A stretch of 64,000 nucleotides of DNA from Bacteroidota bacterium (GCA_023480735.1 JAMCXB010000047.1:30486-94485), one strand, 5' to 3'; numbered from the stretch's first letter, positions 27,575-38,594 are shown. The notes: a model not told the origin generated them from the sequence alone. A program made the numbers and translations.

Positions 27575-29097
27575 AAATAAAGCGTGTATTGGTTAGTGTA
27601 ACGGATAAGACTGGGCTTGCGGAGTTTGCGACTGTTCTGGAGAAACAAGGTGCGGAGATTTTTAGTACGGGCGGCACGCTGAAAGCCCTCCGGGAAGCTG
27701 GAATAAAAGCAAAGAGTATTACCGACGTTACGGGGTTTCCAGAAATCCTTGACGGGAGGGTGAAGACTTTACATCCTGCAGTGTTTGCCGGCATACTGGC
27801 AAAGCGCAATTTGCAGGACCACATGCAACAGCTGGAAAAGCTCAATCTTTCTCTGTTCGATATGGTAGTGGTTAACTTGTACCGCTTCGAGGAGACCGTC
27901 GCCTCAGGAGCGAAGCTTGATACGATTGTGGAGAACATAGACATAGGCGGCCCTTCGCTGATAAGGGCGGCGGCAAAGAATTATGAGGGATGTGCAATCG
28001 TCGTAGATCCGGCGCAGTACACTGAGATCGCGGCGGAGATCGGCAATAACGGGGAAATCGGGTTGCCGTTGATGCAGAAGCTTGCCGCAAAGGCCTTCCA
28101 AAAAGTTGCGGAATACGATGTCGCGATTGCAAGATTCTTCGGCGACCAATTTGGCGGCGACCGCGCGCCTGGGGATCCTCTGTTCCTGGCTGCGCGAAGA
28201 AGCATGGAGTTGCGTTACGGTGAGAATCCTCACCAGTCGGCGGGACACTACGGCGATTTCAAGAAGTACTTTGACCATTTGCACGGGAAAGAGTTGTCCT
28301 ACAACAACCTCGTTGATATGGACGCTGCCCAGAGGGTCGTTCAGGAATTTGAAGCACCCGCTGCCGTGATAATTAAGCATACAAACCCTTGTGGTGTGGC
28401 GATCGCGGAAGATGTCTTTCACGCCTATACCGAGGCGCTGAAGACAGATTCGAAAAGTGCTTTCGGCGGAATAGTCGCTTTTAACAGAAGAGTCGAGTCC
28501 ATGCTTGCGGAGGAGCTCAATCGTATCTTCCTCGAAGTTGTCATTGCTCCCGAGTTTTCAGATGAATCCCTTGAGATACTGAAGAAGAAAAAGGATAGGA
28601 GGCTGGTAATCAGCAGGAACAAACTTCCTGATGATATCCAGGTGCGCTCTTCGTGCGGCGGTTTACTTGCACAGACTTCCGACGATACTGTTGTGAATGC
28701 GAACGACCTGAAGGTTGTGACGAACCGCAGACCGACGGAGCAGGAACTGCGCGATTTGAAGTTTGCATACGCGGTTTGCAAGCATGTAAAATCCAATGCG
28801 ATTGTCTTTGCGAAACACGGAGTGACGCTTGGTGCCGGAGCCGGACAAATGTCCAGAGTCGATTCTGTAAAGATTGCCCGGATGAAGGCAGCGGAAGCAG
28901 GGCTCGATCTAAACGGCAGTGTTGCCGCCTCGGACGCTTTTTTCCCTTTCGCGGATAATGTCGAGGAGATTGCAAAGGCCGGTGCGACCGCAATAATTCA
29001 ACCCGGCGGTTCCGTGAGAGATTCCGAATCTATAGAAGCCGCAAACAAGTTCAACATTTCGATGGTATTCACCGGTATCAGACATTTTAAACATTAG
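27571..29097 (+). CDS. purH: bifunctional AICAR transformylase / IMP cyclohydrolase
   Basis: VLVSVTDKTGL, RVKTLHPAVFAGIL, IKHTNPCG and GAGQMSRVDS motifs. 508 aa. Confidence 0.95.
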   Translation: MKIKRVLVSVTDKTGLAEFATVLEKQGAEIFSTGGTLKALREAGIKAKSITDVTGFPEILDGRVKTLHPAVFAGILAKRNLQDHMQQLEKLNLSLFDMVVVNLYRFEETVASGAKLDTIVENIDIGGPSLIRAAAKNYEGCAIVVDPAQYTEIAAEIGNNGEIGLPLMQKLAAKAFQKVAEYDVAIARFFGDQFGGDRAPGDPLFLAARRSMELRYGENPHQSAGHYGDFKKYFDHLHGKELSYNNLVDMDAAQRVVQEFEAPAAVIIKHTNPCGVAIAEDVFHAYTEALKTDSKSAFGGIVAFNRRVESMLAEELNRIFLEVVIAPEFSDESLEILKKKKDRRLVISRNKLPDDIQVRSSCGGLLAQTSDDTVVNANDLKVVTNRRPTEQELRDLKFAYAVCKHVKSNAIVFAKHGVTLGAGAGQMSRVDSVKIARMKAAEAGLDLNGSVAASDAFFPFADNVEEIAKAGATAIIQPGGSVRDSESIEAANKFNISMVFTGIRHFKH

Positions 29098-29109
29098 AAG
29101 AGCGCAGCA

Positions 29110-30135
29110 ATGGGATTCTTCGGACTTTTGTCAAACGATCTTGCGATCGATCTGGGAACAGCGAACACGCTCATCTGGATGCGTTCCAAAGGAGTGGTTC
29201 TAAGAGAACCTTCCATAGTCGCGTTCGATAAGAATACGAAGCGTATCGTCGCGATAGGGCATGAAGCCAGAGAGATGCTTGGAAGAACGCACAGGGATAT
29301 ACAGGTCATACGTCCCATGCGTGACGGCGTGATAGCAGATTTTGAAATTGCGGAAGGAATGCTTCGCGCCTTCATAAAAAAAGTTCACGCGGGCATGCTC
29401 CCCAGCAGGAGAATTGTCATCAGTGTCCCGAGCGGAATAACCGAGGTCGAGAAGAGGGCCGTTCGCGACGCCTCCGAACACGCCGGCGCGAAGGAAGTGC
29501 ATCTTATCGCGGAACCGATGGCTGCCGCTATCGGAATCGGGCTGGACGTCGACGCTCCCGTCGGGAACATGGTCATCGATATCGGCGGCGGTACAACTGA
29601 GATCGCCGTGATTGCGCTGTCGGGAATTGTGAACGAGGAATCGATTCGCATCGCCGGCGACGAGATGAACAATGCAATCATACAGTTTTTCAAGAAGAAT
29701 CATAACATCCTGATCGGCGAGCGCACGGCAGAGGCGATAAAATGTGAAGTTGGCTCCGCCATGCCTTTGAAGGAAGAAATCACGATCCAGGTTAAGGGGC
29801 GCGACCTGGTCGCAGGCATCCCGAAGACTACGGAAGTGAGCTCAGCAGAAATTCGAGACGCGCTGAATGAACCCGTAGGTGCAATTGTGGATGCCGTGAA
29901 GATATCTCTGGAGCGTACGCCTCCCGAGCTCTCCGCGGATATTCTGGACCGCGGAATAATGTTGTCGGGCGGCGGTGCGCTTCTCAAGGGGCTCGACGAA
30001 CGAATAAGAATGGAAACGAACCTTCCGGTTCATGTTGCCGAGGATCCTTTGACTGCCGTGGTGCGCGGCGTTGGAAAAGTCCTGGATAAGATAAACGAAT
30101 TCTCGAAAGTCTTGATAAAGAGCAGGCGTTACTGA
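29110..30135 (+). CDS. mreB: rod shape-determining protein MreB
   Basis: LAIDLGTANTLIW, DIGGGTTEIAV and LSGGGALLKGLD motifs. Confidence 0.95.
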   Translation: MGFFGLLSNDLAIDLGTANTLIWMRSKGVVLREPSIVAFDKNTKRIVAIGHEAREMLGRTHRDIQVIRPMRDGVIADFEIAEGMLRAFIKKVHAGMLPSRRIVISVPSGITEVEKRAVRDASEHAGAKEVHLIAEPMAAAIGIGLDVDAPVGNMVIDIGGGTTEIAVIALSGIVNEESIRIAGDEMNNAIIQFFKKNHNILIGERTAEAIKCEVGSAMPLKEEITIQVKGRDLVAGIPKTTEVSSAEIRDALNEPVGAIVDAVKISLERTPPELSADILDRGIMLSGGGALLKGLDERIRMETNLPVHVAEDPLTAVVRGVGKVLDKINEFSKVLIKSRRY

Positions 30136-30147
30136 CGGAAATCTGGA

Positions 30148-30984
30148 ATGTTTACATGGATTTCTGAGTTCTTCAGTCTGGCGAAGAACTATTTTATTTT
30201 TGCACTCCTTCTGGCTCTGTCCCTTTTCCTGATATCAACGAACCACAACTCTTACACAAGAGGGTTGCAGGCTGCCGGTCTTGTGACAACGGCCTATCTG
30301 GAAGCCGGGGTTCAGCACGTTGCAGACTACTTCCTTCTCTCCTCGAGGAACAAAGAGCTCCTGAAAGAGAATGCCCGGCTGATCGACACGGTCGCCAAAA
30401 CTCATCTTGCGCTCGACGAGAACGAGCAACTCAGGCAAATGTTGAACCTGAAAAGTCAGTCCACAACCCCGCTTATTTCCGGAACCGTAGTCGGCCGTTC
30501 TTCTGATGGCGGAAGGGACTTCTTGACTCTCAACATCGGAAGCGATGAGGGCGTTCGTATCGGAGATCCCGTTGTCAACGGAAGCGGCCTGGTAGGCATC
30601 ATTTCCAACGTAAGCGGTAAGTTTTCACTGGTGCGGACTCTGTTGGATGCCGATAGTAGGATTGCGGCGCGGCTGGTGGACGCCACTGCCGATGGACTGA
30701 TTGAGGCCGGCAGCTATGGCGAGCTGAAGATGAGCAATGTTGCCAGGAGGCATGATGTCAAGAAGGGCGATATCGTGGAGACCTCCACCCTGAGCAGTCT
30801 TGTACCGCCCGGAATAGTAATCGGGATGGTTTCAAAGGCAACGGACAGGACGGGAAATATATTCAAGGATATTACAGTAAAACCCGCAGTTGATTTCAGC
30901 TCCATTTTCGCGGCATTTGTCATGCAATACGAACCTCCCGCGGCCGCGGTGAAGCTTGAAAAAGAAGCCATCAAGAAGAAATGA
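30148..30984 (+). CDS. mreC: rod shape-determining protein MreC
   Basis: N-terminal TM segment, coiled coil, GSGLVGIISNV motif. Sits in the mreBCD order. Confidence 0.88.
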   Translation: MFTWISEFFSLAKNYFIFALLLALSLFLISTNHNSYTRGLQAAGLVTTAYLEAGVQHVADYFLLSSRNKELLKENARLIDTVAKTHLALDENEQLRQMLNLKSQSTTPLISGTVVGRSSDGGRDFLTLNIGSDEGVRIGDPVVNGSGLVGIISNVSGKFSLVRTLLDADSRIAARLVDATADGLIEAGSYGELKMSNVARRHDVKKGDIVETSTLSSLVPPGIVIGMVSKATDRTGNIFKDITVKPAVDFSSIFAAFVMQYEPPAAAVKLEKEAIKKK

Positions 30985-31469
30985 CAAAGAGAATTATTGT
31001 TTACATTGTCATCGGTACGATTTCCATACTGCTCCAGAAATTTCTGGACAATTTCGCTTCGTTGGGTTCCGTAGCGCCCCAGTTCGTCCTGTTATTCGTC
31101 ATCTATCTTTCTCTTCGGGAAGGACAGCTTTTCGGCACTGCCGGAGGATTTATTGCCGGTCTTGCCAATGACATGCTGGTCACTCATTTCATCGGCTTCA
31201 CTTGTCTTGTCGGTGTCCTTGCCGGCTTCATCTCAGGCTTCTTCTACAGAGAAAGCGAAGTAGACCTGGCGGGAAGGACCCTTAACTTTGCATGGATATC
31301 GGCCGTTACATTGTTTCTCACCGAATTGTTGGCGCTGCCGATTATTGCAGCCGGAGAATTGAACTATTTCTATGTTTTCTTGAAATTCACACTTGGGACG
31401 ACCGTATATACTTCAGTTTTTGCGATGATTATAGTTTTTGTCAACGGGAAAAAGAGCCGCTATGTTTGA
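30981..31469 (+). CDS. mreD: rod shape-determining protein MreD
   Basis: Small polytopic membrane protein. Assigned by its position between mreC and mrdA. Confidence 0.8.
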   Translation: MTKRIIVYIVIGTISILLQKFLDNFASLGSVAPQFVLLFVIYLSLREGQLFGTAGGFIAGLANDMLVTHFIGFTCLVGVLAGFISGFFYRESEVDLAGRTLNFAWISAVTLFLTELLALPIIAAGELNYFYVFLKFTLGTTVYTSVFAMIIVFVNGKKSRYV

Positions 31470-33276
31470 CGCGGAGTTCGGGTCGCGTTCACGATCTCTG
31501 ATGATGCGGGGAGTTGTTGTCCTGGCATTGCTCGCGATAGGAGTGAAGCTCGGAGATATGCAGCTGGTGAATGAAGTCATCTATGGCAAGAAATCGGAAG
31601 ACATCACCACGAGGATTTTCGTTCAGCAGCCGCTCCGCGGCGAAATATTCGACCGCAACGGCAACGTGATGGTGGAAAACGGTCCCGCATACGAAGTTTC
31701 CATAATCCCGAACGAGTTCAAAAATGATCAGATAGGTCCTCTGGCAAACCTTCTTCAGATGGACAGCGTGGACATAGCCAAGCGAATCAGGATCGGTAAG
31801 ACCATATCTCCATACCTTCCGGTCAGGTTGAAGCGTGATATTTCTTTTGCAGCCCTGTCCGCCATTGAGGAACATCTTAAGGATTTTAGCGGGGTCTACT
31901 TCGATATACAACCGAAACGGGTTTATGTCGGCAAAGCAAGGGCAGCGCACATCCTTGGGTTTACAAAGGAGATTTCTGAGAGGCAACTGGAGACGCTTGG
32001 CGACTATTATCAGCCGGGCGACATCGTCGGATACAACGGACTCGAGGCTAGTTACGAGACAATTCTTCGTGGACAGAAGGGGTACAAGTATCTTGCGGTA
32101 AACGCACAGGGACAGGTGATGGGGAGTTATGACGACGGCAGGCTTGATGTCCCCTCTCAGGACGGTGATGATTTGTACCTTTCGGTCGATGAAGGTCTGC
32201 AAGCGATGGCAGAATCGCTTATGGTGGGAAGGCGTGGTGCGGTCGTCGCGCTCGATCCAAACAATGGGCAGGTACTTGCGATGACGAGTGCGCCGGATTT
32301 CGATCCGTCTGTTTTTTCAGGTTATACTTCGAGAGCGGAGTGGAACAAACTAGTCAACAATCCGGATCATCCGTTGTTCAACAGAGCTACTATGGCAGCA
32401 CTTCCTCCCGGGTCCACATTCAAGATGGTACTCGCAACTGCCGCGCTCGAAGGAAACGTAATCGATACAAACTGGACGATTCATTGCACTGGGTCTATGC
32501 TCTACGGGGGAAGAATATTTCACTGTGACAAGGCGCACGGGACGGTCAACATTATCAAAGCAATTGAGGTGTCGTGCAACGTGTTTTTCTATAACCTGAT
32601 GCTTAAAGTTGGTTTCCAGGCATGGACAAAATACGGCAGGATATACGGCTTCGGCGAGAAAACAGGCATCGATTTGGAAGACGAGAGCCCTGGAATAATG
32701 CCATCCGAGCACTATTTCAACCAGATTTTCGGAAAGGATCACTGGACTAACGGTTATCTTCTCAGTCTGGCGATTGGCCAGGGGGAAGTGAGCGCTACTC
32801 CGCTTCAAATGGCTGCTTACACAATGGCTATTGCCAACTTCGGCAAATACTACCAGCCGCATCTTGTCAGATATATCCGCAACCAGAGAACCGGAAAGAT
32901 CTATTACACGCAATACAGCGAGCGCACACTTCCTATAAGCAGAGAGGTGCTGGGCAAGGTCCGGGAGGGGATGTACTATGTTGTAAACGGCGACCGCGGT
33001 ACCGGAGTCGCTGCACGCATACCGGGCGTCGTAGTGGCAGGAAAAACCGGGACGGCGCAAAACCCCCACGGCAAGGATCACGCTTGGTTCGTTGCATTCG
33101 CTCCGTTCGACAACCCTAAAATCGCAATTGCCGTACTCGTTGAGAACGCAGGTTACGGCGGAGCAGTAGCTGCCCCTATAGCCAGGCAACTGATACAGTA
33201 TTATCTAAACGAGCGAAAGTCGGCGCCGGAGACAGAACCTTCGAACGGAATTGTCGCAGACGCCGCGGTGCACTGA
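31462..33276 (+). CDS. mrdA: penicillin-binding protein 2 (peptidoglycan transpeptidase)
   Basis: PGSTFK (SxxK), SCN (SxN) and KTGTA (KTG) motifs. ATG 31462 overlaps the mreD stop. Confidence 0.93.
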   Translation: MFDAEFGSRSRSLMMRGVVVLALLAIGVKLGDMQLVNEVIYGKKSEDITTRIFVQQPLRGEIFDRNGNVMVENGPAYEVSIIPNEFKNDQIGPLANLLQMDSVDIAKRIRIGKTISPYLPVRLKRDISFAALSAIEEHLKDFSGVYFDIQPKRVYVGKARAAHILGFTKEISERQLETLGDYYQPGDIVGYNGLEASYETILRGQKGYKYLAVNAQGQVMGSYDDGRLDVPSQDGDDLYLSVDEGLQAMAESLMVGRRGAVVALDPNNGQVLAMTSAPDFDPSVFSGYTSRAEWNKLVNNPDHPLFNRATMAALPPGSTFKMVLATAALEGNVIDTNWTIHCTGSMLYGGRIFHCDKAHGTVNIIKAIEVSCNVFFYNLMLKVGFQAWTKYGRIYGFGEKTGIDLEDESPGIMPSEHYFNQIFGKDHWTNGYLLSLAIGQGEVSATPLQMAAYTMAIANFGKYYQPHLVRYIRNQRTGKIYYTQYSERTLPISREVLGKVREGMYYVVNGDRGTGVAARIPGVVVAGKTGTAQNPHGKDHAWFVAFAPFDNPKIAIAVLVENAGYGGAVAAPIARQLIQYYLNERKSAPETEPSNGIVADAAVH

Positions 33277-34496
33277 TGTTCGACTTTTTTAAAGAATCGT
33301 TCGACTATAAGACTTTTTTCCTGGCTCTGACCCTGGCTTGCATCGGGGTGCTGGCGGTCAACAGTGCCACCTACAACTCAGGGATGCACGAGTTCTTCGT
33401 GAGAGATATTGTTTGGCAGGGTGCGGGAGTTATTATTGCGCTCACAATAATGTTCCTTTCCAACAGGTTCCTTCAGAATAGTGCATATTTCTTCTACGCG
33501 CTGACTATTCTACTTCTCGTATTCGTCCTTGTTGCGGGCAAACGGGTGGCAAGTCACACGAGCTGGTTAGGCTTCCTTGGCATCGGCGGCCAGCCTTCTG
33601 AACTCGCAAAAGTTGCTTCGATTCTATGTCTCTCCAAGTTTCTTTCCGAGAATGGAAATGAACGTCCTCAGTGGCAGGTGATCATGATTTCAGCGGGGAT
33701 AGTCGGTTTGCCGATGATTCTCACTATGCTTCAACCCGACCTCGGTACGACCATCGTTTATCTGGCGATTTTCTTCCCTATTCTGTTCTGGGCGGGATTG
33801 CCGCCCATCGTGGTGGTTGCGTTAGTCGCCCCGATAGCCATTGTCATTGCCGAGTTTACCGGGACCGCCGTGCTTCTCATTACGGTGGTTGCGTTCGGAG
33901 TCCTGTTTTTCATACTGAGTCGCAAGAAGCTTTTTGCAATAACGCTAAGCTTCGTCGCGGTTTCGTTCGGACTCTTCATGGAATATTTCTACAAGAAGCT
34001 CCTTCAGCCTCATCAGCAGAAGCGGATACAGATTTTCCTCAATCCGAGCCTCGATCCGCAGGGAGCGGGGTACAATGCGCTCCAGGCCCGAGTTGCTATC
34101 GGCAGCGGGGGATTGTTTGGGAAGGGGTATCTGCGCGGCGCCCAAACGCAGCTGAATTTTGTCCCGGCGCGCTGGACCGACTTTATCTTCACCGTGATTG
34201 GTGAGGAGTTCGGTTTTCTCGGTGCCGCGGTAACTTTGCTGGTATTTGGTGCACTCTTTTTCAGAGGCGTCAAGATTGCAGAAATGGTGAAGACCAAATT
34301 CGCGAGCCTTGCCGCGATAGGGATTACCTCAGTATTGCTCTTCCATGTTTTCATAAACATCGGAATGAATATCAACCTCGCACCTATAGTCGGCATCCCC
34401 CTGCCTTTTATAAGCTACGGAGGCTCGTCTGCCCTATCCGATTGGATGATGGTCGGAATTCTCCTAAATTTCTATGCACACAGGAAGGAACATTAG
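33276..34496 (+). CDS. rodA: rod shape-determining protein RodA (SEDS family)
   Basis: FtsW/RodA/SpoVE-family motifs (QPSELAK, DFIFTVIGEEFG, PLPFISYGGSS). Follows mrdA. Confidence 0.92.
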   Translation: MFDFFKESFDYKTFFLALTLACIGVLAVNSATYNSGMHEFFVRDIVWQGAGVIIALTIMFLSNRFLQNSAYFFYALTILLLVFVLVAGKRVASHTSWLGFLGIGGQPSELAKVASILCLSKFLSENGNERPQWQVIMISAGIVGLPMILTMLQPDLGTTIVYLAIFFPILFWAGLPPIVVVALVAPIAIVIAEFTGTAVLLITVVAFGVLFFILSRKKLFAITLSFVAVSFGLFMEYFYKKLLQPHQQKRIQIFLNPSLDPQGAGYNALQARVAIGSGGLFGKGYLRGAQTQLNFVPARWTDFIFTVIGEEFGFLGAAVTLLVFGALFFRGVKIAEMVKTKFASLAAIGITSVLLFHVFINIGMNINLAPIVGIPLPFISYGGSSALSDWMMVGILLNFYAHRKEH

Positions 34497-34499
34497 AGG

Positions 34500-35060
34500 A
34501 TGATTCTCACAGACAAGCAGATTCTGGAGGAGATAGGAAAGGGTAGTATAGTAATTGAACCCTTTGACAGGAAATACCTGGGTTCGAACTCTTACGATGT
34601 GCATCTTGCCGATACGATGGCCATATATAAAGACGATATACTCGACGCCAGGAAACATAATAAGCTTATCACTTTTAAGATACATGATCATCAGGGGTTT
34701 CTTTTGCTGCCGGGGAGACTATATCTCGCCGTGACTCAGGAATATACGGAGACTCACAAATTCGTGCCGTTCCTCGAAGGCAAGTCTAGCATTGGCAGGC
34801 TGGGAATCGACATCCACTCTACTGCAGGCAAAGGGGATATCGGTTACTGCAATACATGGACGCTGGAGATAAGCGTGAAACAGCCCGTCAGGATTTATCC
34901 TGGCATGCCGATCGGGCAGCTGATATATTTCGAAGTCAGCGGCGAGGTCCTCGTGCCGTACAATAAGAAGAAGACGGCGAAATACAACCGCAAAACAAAA
35001 CAGCCGGTGGAGTCCATGATGTGGAAGAACTTCGATTCAAAGATTCTTGGTTCGAAATGA
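34500..35060 (+). CDS. dcd: dCTP deaminase
   Basis: MILTDKQI N-terminus, GSNSYDV, EGKSSIGRLG. 186 aa. Confidence 0.9.
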   Translation: MILTDKQILEEIGKGSIVIEPFDRKYLGSNSYDVHLADTMAIYKDDILDARKHNKLITFKIHDHQGFLLLPGRLYLAVTQEYTETHKFVPFLEGKSSIGRLGIDIHSTAGKGDIGYCNTWTLEISVKQPVRIYPGMPIGQLIYFEVSGEVLVPYNKKKTAKYNRKTKQPVESMMWKNFDSKILGSK

Positions 35061-35854
35061 GTTTCAAGAAGCTTTCCGATTCAATACTGAAACATGGCAG
35101 CAACCTATGTGTCGGACTTGACCCGGCGGTTGAAAAAATACCTGAGTTTCTATTCGAATACGAGGATGCGGTTCTCGAATTCAACACGCGAATAATCGAG
35201 GCGACTCAGGATGCCGTATGCGCCTACAAATTGAATACGGCGTTTTATGAATCACTCGGTGAAAAAGGATGGTCAACTTTTGGCGAGACCATCGCGCGTA
35301 TTCCCGACGATGTATATGTCATAGCCGATTGCAAACGCAGCGATATCGGAAACAGCGCTAGACAATATGCTCACACCTTCTTCAATTATTTTGACGCAGA
35401 TGCAGCCACAGTGAATCCTTACATGGGGTATGATTCGCTTGAGCCTTTCTTGAGCTATAAAGGTAAGGATATTTTTGCCCTGGTCGTCACGTCGAATCAG
35501 GGTGCACATGATTTTCAGCTTCGCGATTTCGGCGGAAAGAGATTGTACGAACTTGTGCTCGAGAAGATTTCTGAATGGAATGTAAACAAGAATATAGGTG
35601 CGGTTGTCGGCGCGACAAAGTCGGAGCAGCTGCTGACAATAAGAGATGAATATCCGGGTATTCCCATTCTCATTCCGGGTGTCGGTACCCAGGGAGGTGC
35701 GGTTGAAGATGTTGCTCGAGTCATCTCCAGTGACGGTGCGCCGGTCATAGTAAATGTCAGCCGCGATATAATTTTTGCCGGAGCCGACGAAAAGTTCGCG
35801 AAAAAAGTAAGAGAAAAGGCGCTATTCTATAATGCGCTTCTAAGACGAGAATGA
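35057..35854 (+). CDS. pyrF: orotidine-5'-phosphate decarboxylase (type 2)
   Basis: NLCVGLDP, DCKRSDIGNS and PGVGTQGG motifs. ATG 35057 overlaps the dcd stop (ATGA). Confidence 0.9.
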   Translation: MSFKKLSDSILKHGSNLCVGLDPAVEKIPEFLFEYEDAVLEFNTRIIEATQDAVCAYKLNTAFYESLGEKGWSTFGETIARIPDDVYVIADCKRSDIGNSARQYAHTFFNYFDADAATVNPYMGYDSLEPFLSYKGKDIFALVVTSNQGAHDFQLRDFGGKRLYELVLEKISEWNVNKNIGAVVGATKSEQLLTIRDEYPGIPILIPGVGTQGGAVEDVARVISSDGAPVIVNVSRDIIFAGADEKFAKKVREKALFYNALLRRE

Positions 35855-36294
35855 AATTCTTTCTTAAGAAATGTCTGAAATGGTTCTTGTTTCTTCTTTT
35901 TACCTTCCTCTTTTTCTCTTTGCCTGTTTATCTGCAGAAGGAAGAGAAAAGCAGGGATTCCAGACAGACCCGGATTGCATCGGAATCTGCCGGAAATCAG
36001 TCCCCCTCCGTTTTTTATTTTGACTTCGCTCCCGGTTCTTTAAGACAGAAGGTCACAGGCGACTCGACTGCTATTTGGATTTCAGCAAGGTCCGATTCCT
36101 CCGTCAAATATGTGTTCCTGTACGTCAATGGAGAAAAACAGGACATGGCCGTTATTTCGGATACAGCGCGCGTAGAATTTCCGAGGGTATATCTGAAAGA
36201 GGGAATAAACGAGATTGCTGTTGTTCTGCAGAATCGAAACGGCGTAGTCCTGGCGGTAAGAAAAGCTACGATCTTCTCGGATAAGAAAACGTAA
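35851..36294 (+). CDS. hypothetical secreted or membrane-anchored protein
   Basis: N-terminal hydrophobic WFLFLLFTFLFFSLPVYL. No family recognised. Confidence 0.5.
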   Translation: MKFFLKKCLKWFLFLLFTFLFFSLPVYLQKEEKSRDSRQTRIASESAGNQSPSVFYFDFAPGSLRQKVTGDSTAIWISARSDSSVKYVFLYVNGEKQDMAVISDTARVEFPRVYLKEGINEIAVVLQNRNGVVLAVRKATIFSDKKT

Positions 36295-36299
36295 AGCCA

Positions 36300-37802
36300 A
36301 TGCCCTCCCTCCAAGCGGTTCATCCGGAAGATTTGTCGGAGTTCCAGCTAAAGGAGCTTTTCAAGAACAGAATGTTCAACTCTTCACTTAAGTCCGTCTC
36401 CGGGATGGAGGTGGAGATTATCAGGACAGGGGAGCCCAACTATGATGCCGGTCCGGACTTCAGGCGCGCGGTGATCCGCATCAACGGCACATTGATGCGC
36501 GGCGATGTCGAACTTCACAGGTTGAACTCCGATTGGTATTCGCACAAACATCACACGGACAGGAATTATAATTCAGTTATCCTCCATGTGGTAGGTGAAT
36601 ACAATGAGGTACGCGACTGCCTGACTTGTTCCGGAAGGAAGATAGAAAACCTGGAACTTCCCCGGTTTCTCACGGATGAAGCAATAAGCTTCCTGGCTCG
36701 TCTGGATTCAGAAGAGAGGATGATTCGTATAAGATGTGCGGGTCAGACCGACGGGATACCCCGTCAGGACAAGATTGAATACCTGAATTTGCTGGGTGAG
36801 AAACGGTTTGCACACAAAGTAAACAAGTTTGAAGATAGATTGAAAGATATCGTAGATGAGAACCGCCCCGTAGTATTCGAAGCCAGGCAGAAATATTTCA
36901 GAGATTTTAGTGAGCTCCAGATAGTGCACGGAACGTACGACAAATCGGAGCTTCAGGAGGAATCATATTGGGATCAGCTTCTGTATGAAGGAATGTTGGA
37001 AGGACTGGGCTACAGCAAGAACACGACACCGTTTAGAAAACTCGCCCGCTCTGTCGCGCTCTCCTTTCTTAAGGAACATTCGAACGGTGATAGGAATATT
37101 ATCGAGGCGATACTCTTCGGTGCGTCCGGCCTTTTGCCGCAGGATCTTAGCGGGTTCGACGAGGAGTCCAGGACCTATTGTGAAGGACTTGCTCAAATAT
37201 GGCAGGGATTAAAGAAGAAATATAAGCGGGAGTACATGGACAGATCGGAATGGCTCTTTTTCAAGCTCCGTCCTCAGAACTTCCCCACTATCCGAATTGC
37301 CGGAGCTAGCCATCTTCTTTCAAATCTAATGAGCGGTTATCATGCTATGGAATTGACAGGATGGGCCGCCACGAAAGGGGAGAGTGAGTTGTTGGTGTCG
37401 TGGCGAAGATTTCTAACCGTTCCATCTCAGGATTTTTGGAGCCGCCACTTTGTCTTTGGTACCCCCGCAACCGCCGATGTCAGGATGCTCATCGGTTCGA
37501 GTCGTGCCGAGGAGATTATCATAAATATTTTGCTGCCGATGGTCTATCTGCGCGGAAGAATCTTCGATAATCCGATACTTCAGGAACGAGGAATGAAGAT
37601 ATACGTCAATCACAGACCGACCGCTGACAACAATATTACATTGATGATGAAAGATGCCCTATTCGGCGGCGACAATGTGTTCAACACGGTTCAGGCGCAA
37701 CAGGGCGCGCTTCATATATACCGTACTCTCTGTTCGGAAAAGCGATGCTCAAGATGCAAGATCGGCAAGGCAGTCTATGGCGGGAGAAAGTCTGCCGCTT
37801 AA
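36300..37802 (+). CDS. DUF2851-family protein
   Basis: The N-terminal pattern GEPNYDAGPDFRRAVIRINGTLMRGDVELHRLNSDWYSHKHHTDRNYNSVILHVV matches DUF2851 as I recall it. Confidence 0.75.
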   Translation: MPSLQAVHPEDLSEFQLKELFKNRMFNSSLKSVSGMEVEIIRTGEPNYDAGPDFRRAVIRINGTLMRGDVELHRLNSDWYSHKHHTDRNYNSVILHVVGEYNEVRDCLTCSGRKIENLELPRFLTDEAISFLARLDSEERMIRIRCAGQTDGIPRQDKIEYLNLLGEKRFAHKVNKFEDRLKDIVDENRPVVFEARQKYFRDFSELQIVHGTYDKSELQEESYWDQLLYEGMLEGLGYSKNTTPFRKLARSVALSFLKEHSNGDRNIIEAILFGASGLLPQDLSGFDEESRTYCEGLAQIWQGLKKKYKREYMDRSEWLFFKLRPQNFPTIRIAGASHLLSNLMSGYHAMELTGWAATKGESELLVSWRRFLTVPSQDFWSRHFVFGTPATADVRMLIGSSRAEEIIINILLPMVYLRGRIFDNPILQERGMKIYVNHRPTADNNITLMMKDALFGGDNVFNTVQAQQGALHIYRTLCSEKRCSRCKIGKAVYGGRKSAA

Positions 37803-37835
37803 GACCCAAGGAAAAAAAGGGGAACTGGTTATCCT

Positions 37836-38594
37836 CTATTTCTTGTCCTTGATTTCATTGAGGAGCTTTGAAGCTTCGACCTTCAATGAATCGTCGTCCT
37901 GTTCTCGCTGCGGCATCCCCGAGAGTGCCTGAAGCTGTTCACGGGCATCTTTATATTCATCTTCGCGAACGTAGGCTCTGGCAAGATCGTACCGGAACAT
38001 GATGAAATTCGGATCAAGCGAAATGGCCTTTCTGTAGAACTTTATCGCGTCCTTCATATTCCCCCAGGATAGCCCAAGCGGCCACAGAAATATCGAAGGC
38101 TTTTCGGCTAGTTTCGCGTGAGTCCTGCCGAGGACGTAGTAAGCAATTGCGTTATCCGGATCCAGCTTGATAGCCTGCTCGCAGTCGCTTCGTACCTTCT
38201 TGACTATCGGCGCGACGCTGAACACACCCTTGAAAAGGGCAATCTTTCCGTTGGCGACCGCCCGGTACGTGTAAGCCATTGAGCTTTTCGGATTTGTCAT
38301 GACGGCGCTATCGGCGTAATCGTACGCCAGCGTGTACGTCTCCAGCTGTGCTTTTTTCTGTTGGTCCGTTGTTACGGGCATGTGATCGGCAATATGCGTC
38401 TCAACCCGGCACAGTCTCCACAACACTGGAGAGCTGTGGGGGTATTCCTGGTTGGCTTTCAGGAGGATTTCCAAAGCCCCATTGTTATCGAACCTGTCAA
38501 AAATGGCATCGCTTTGGCTGATAAGTTCCTGCAGACTCTGGGTAGAGAATGCGGTAAGACAAAGCACAGCGATAGACAGTGCCAGAGACTTCAT
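37836..38594 (-). CDS. secreted TPR-repeat protein
   Basis: Signal peptide MKSLALSIAVLCLTAFSTQS. TPR-like AxxYYxLGxxxxxxxxxxxAixxyxkAixLdP repeats. Confidence 0.75.
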   Translation of the reverse strand: MKSLALSIAVLCLTAFSTQSLQELISQSDAIFDRFDNNGALEILLKANQEYPHSSPVLWRLCRVETHIADHMPVTTDQQKKAQLETYTLAYDYADSAVMTNPKSSMAYTYRAVANGKIALFKGVFSVAPIVKKVRSDCEQAIKLDPDNAIAYYVLGRTHAKLAEKPSIFLWPLGLSWGNMKDAIKFYRKAISLDPNFIMFRYDLARAYVREDEYKDAREQLQALSGMPQREQDDDSLKVEASKLLNEIKDKK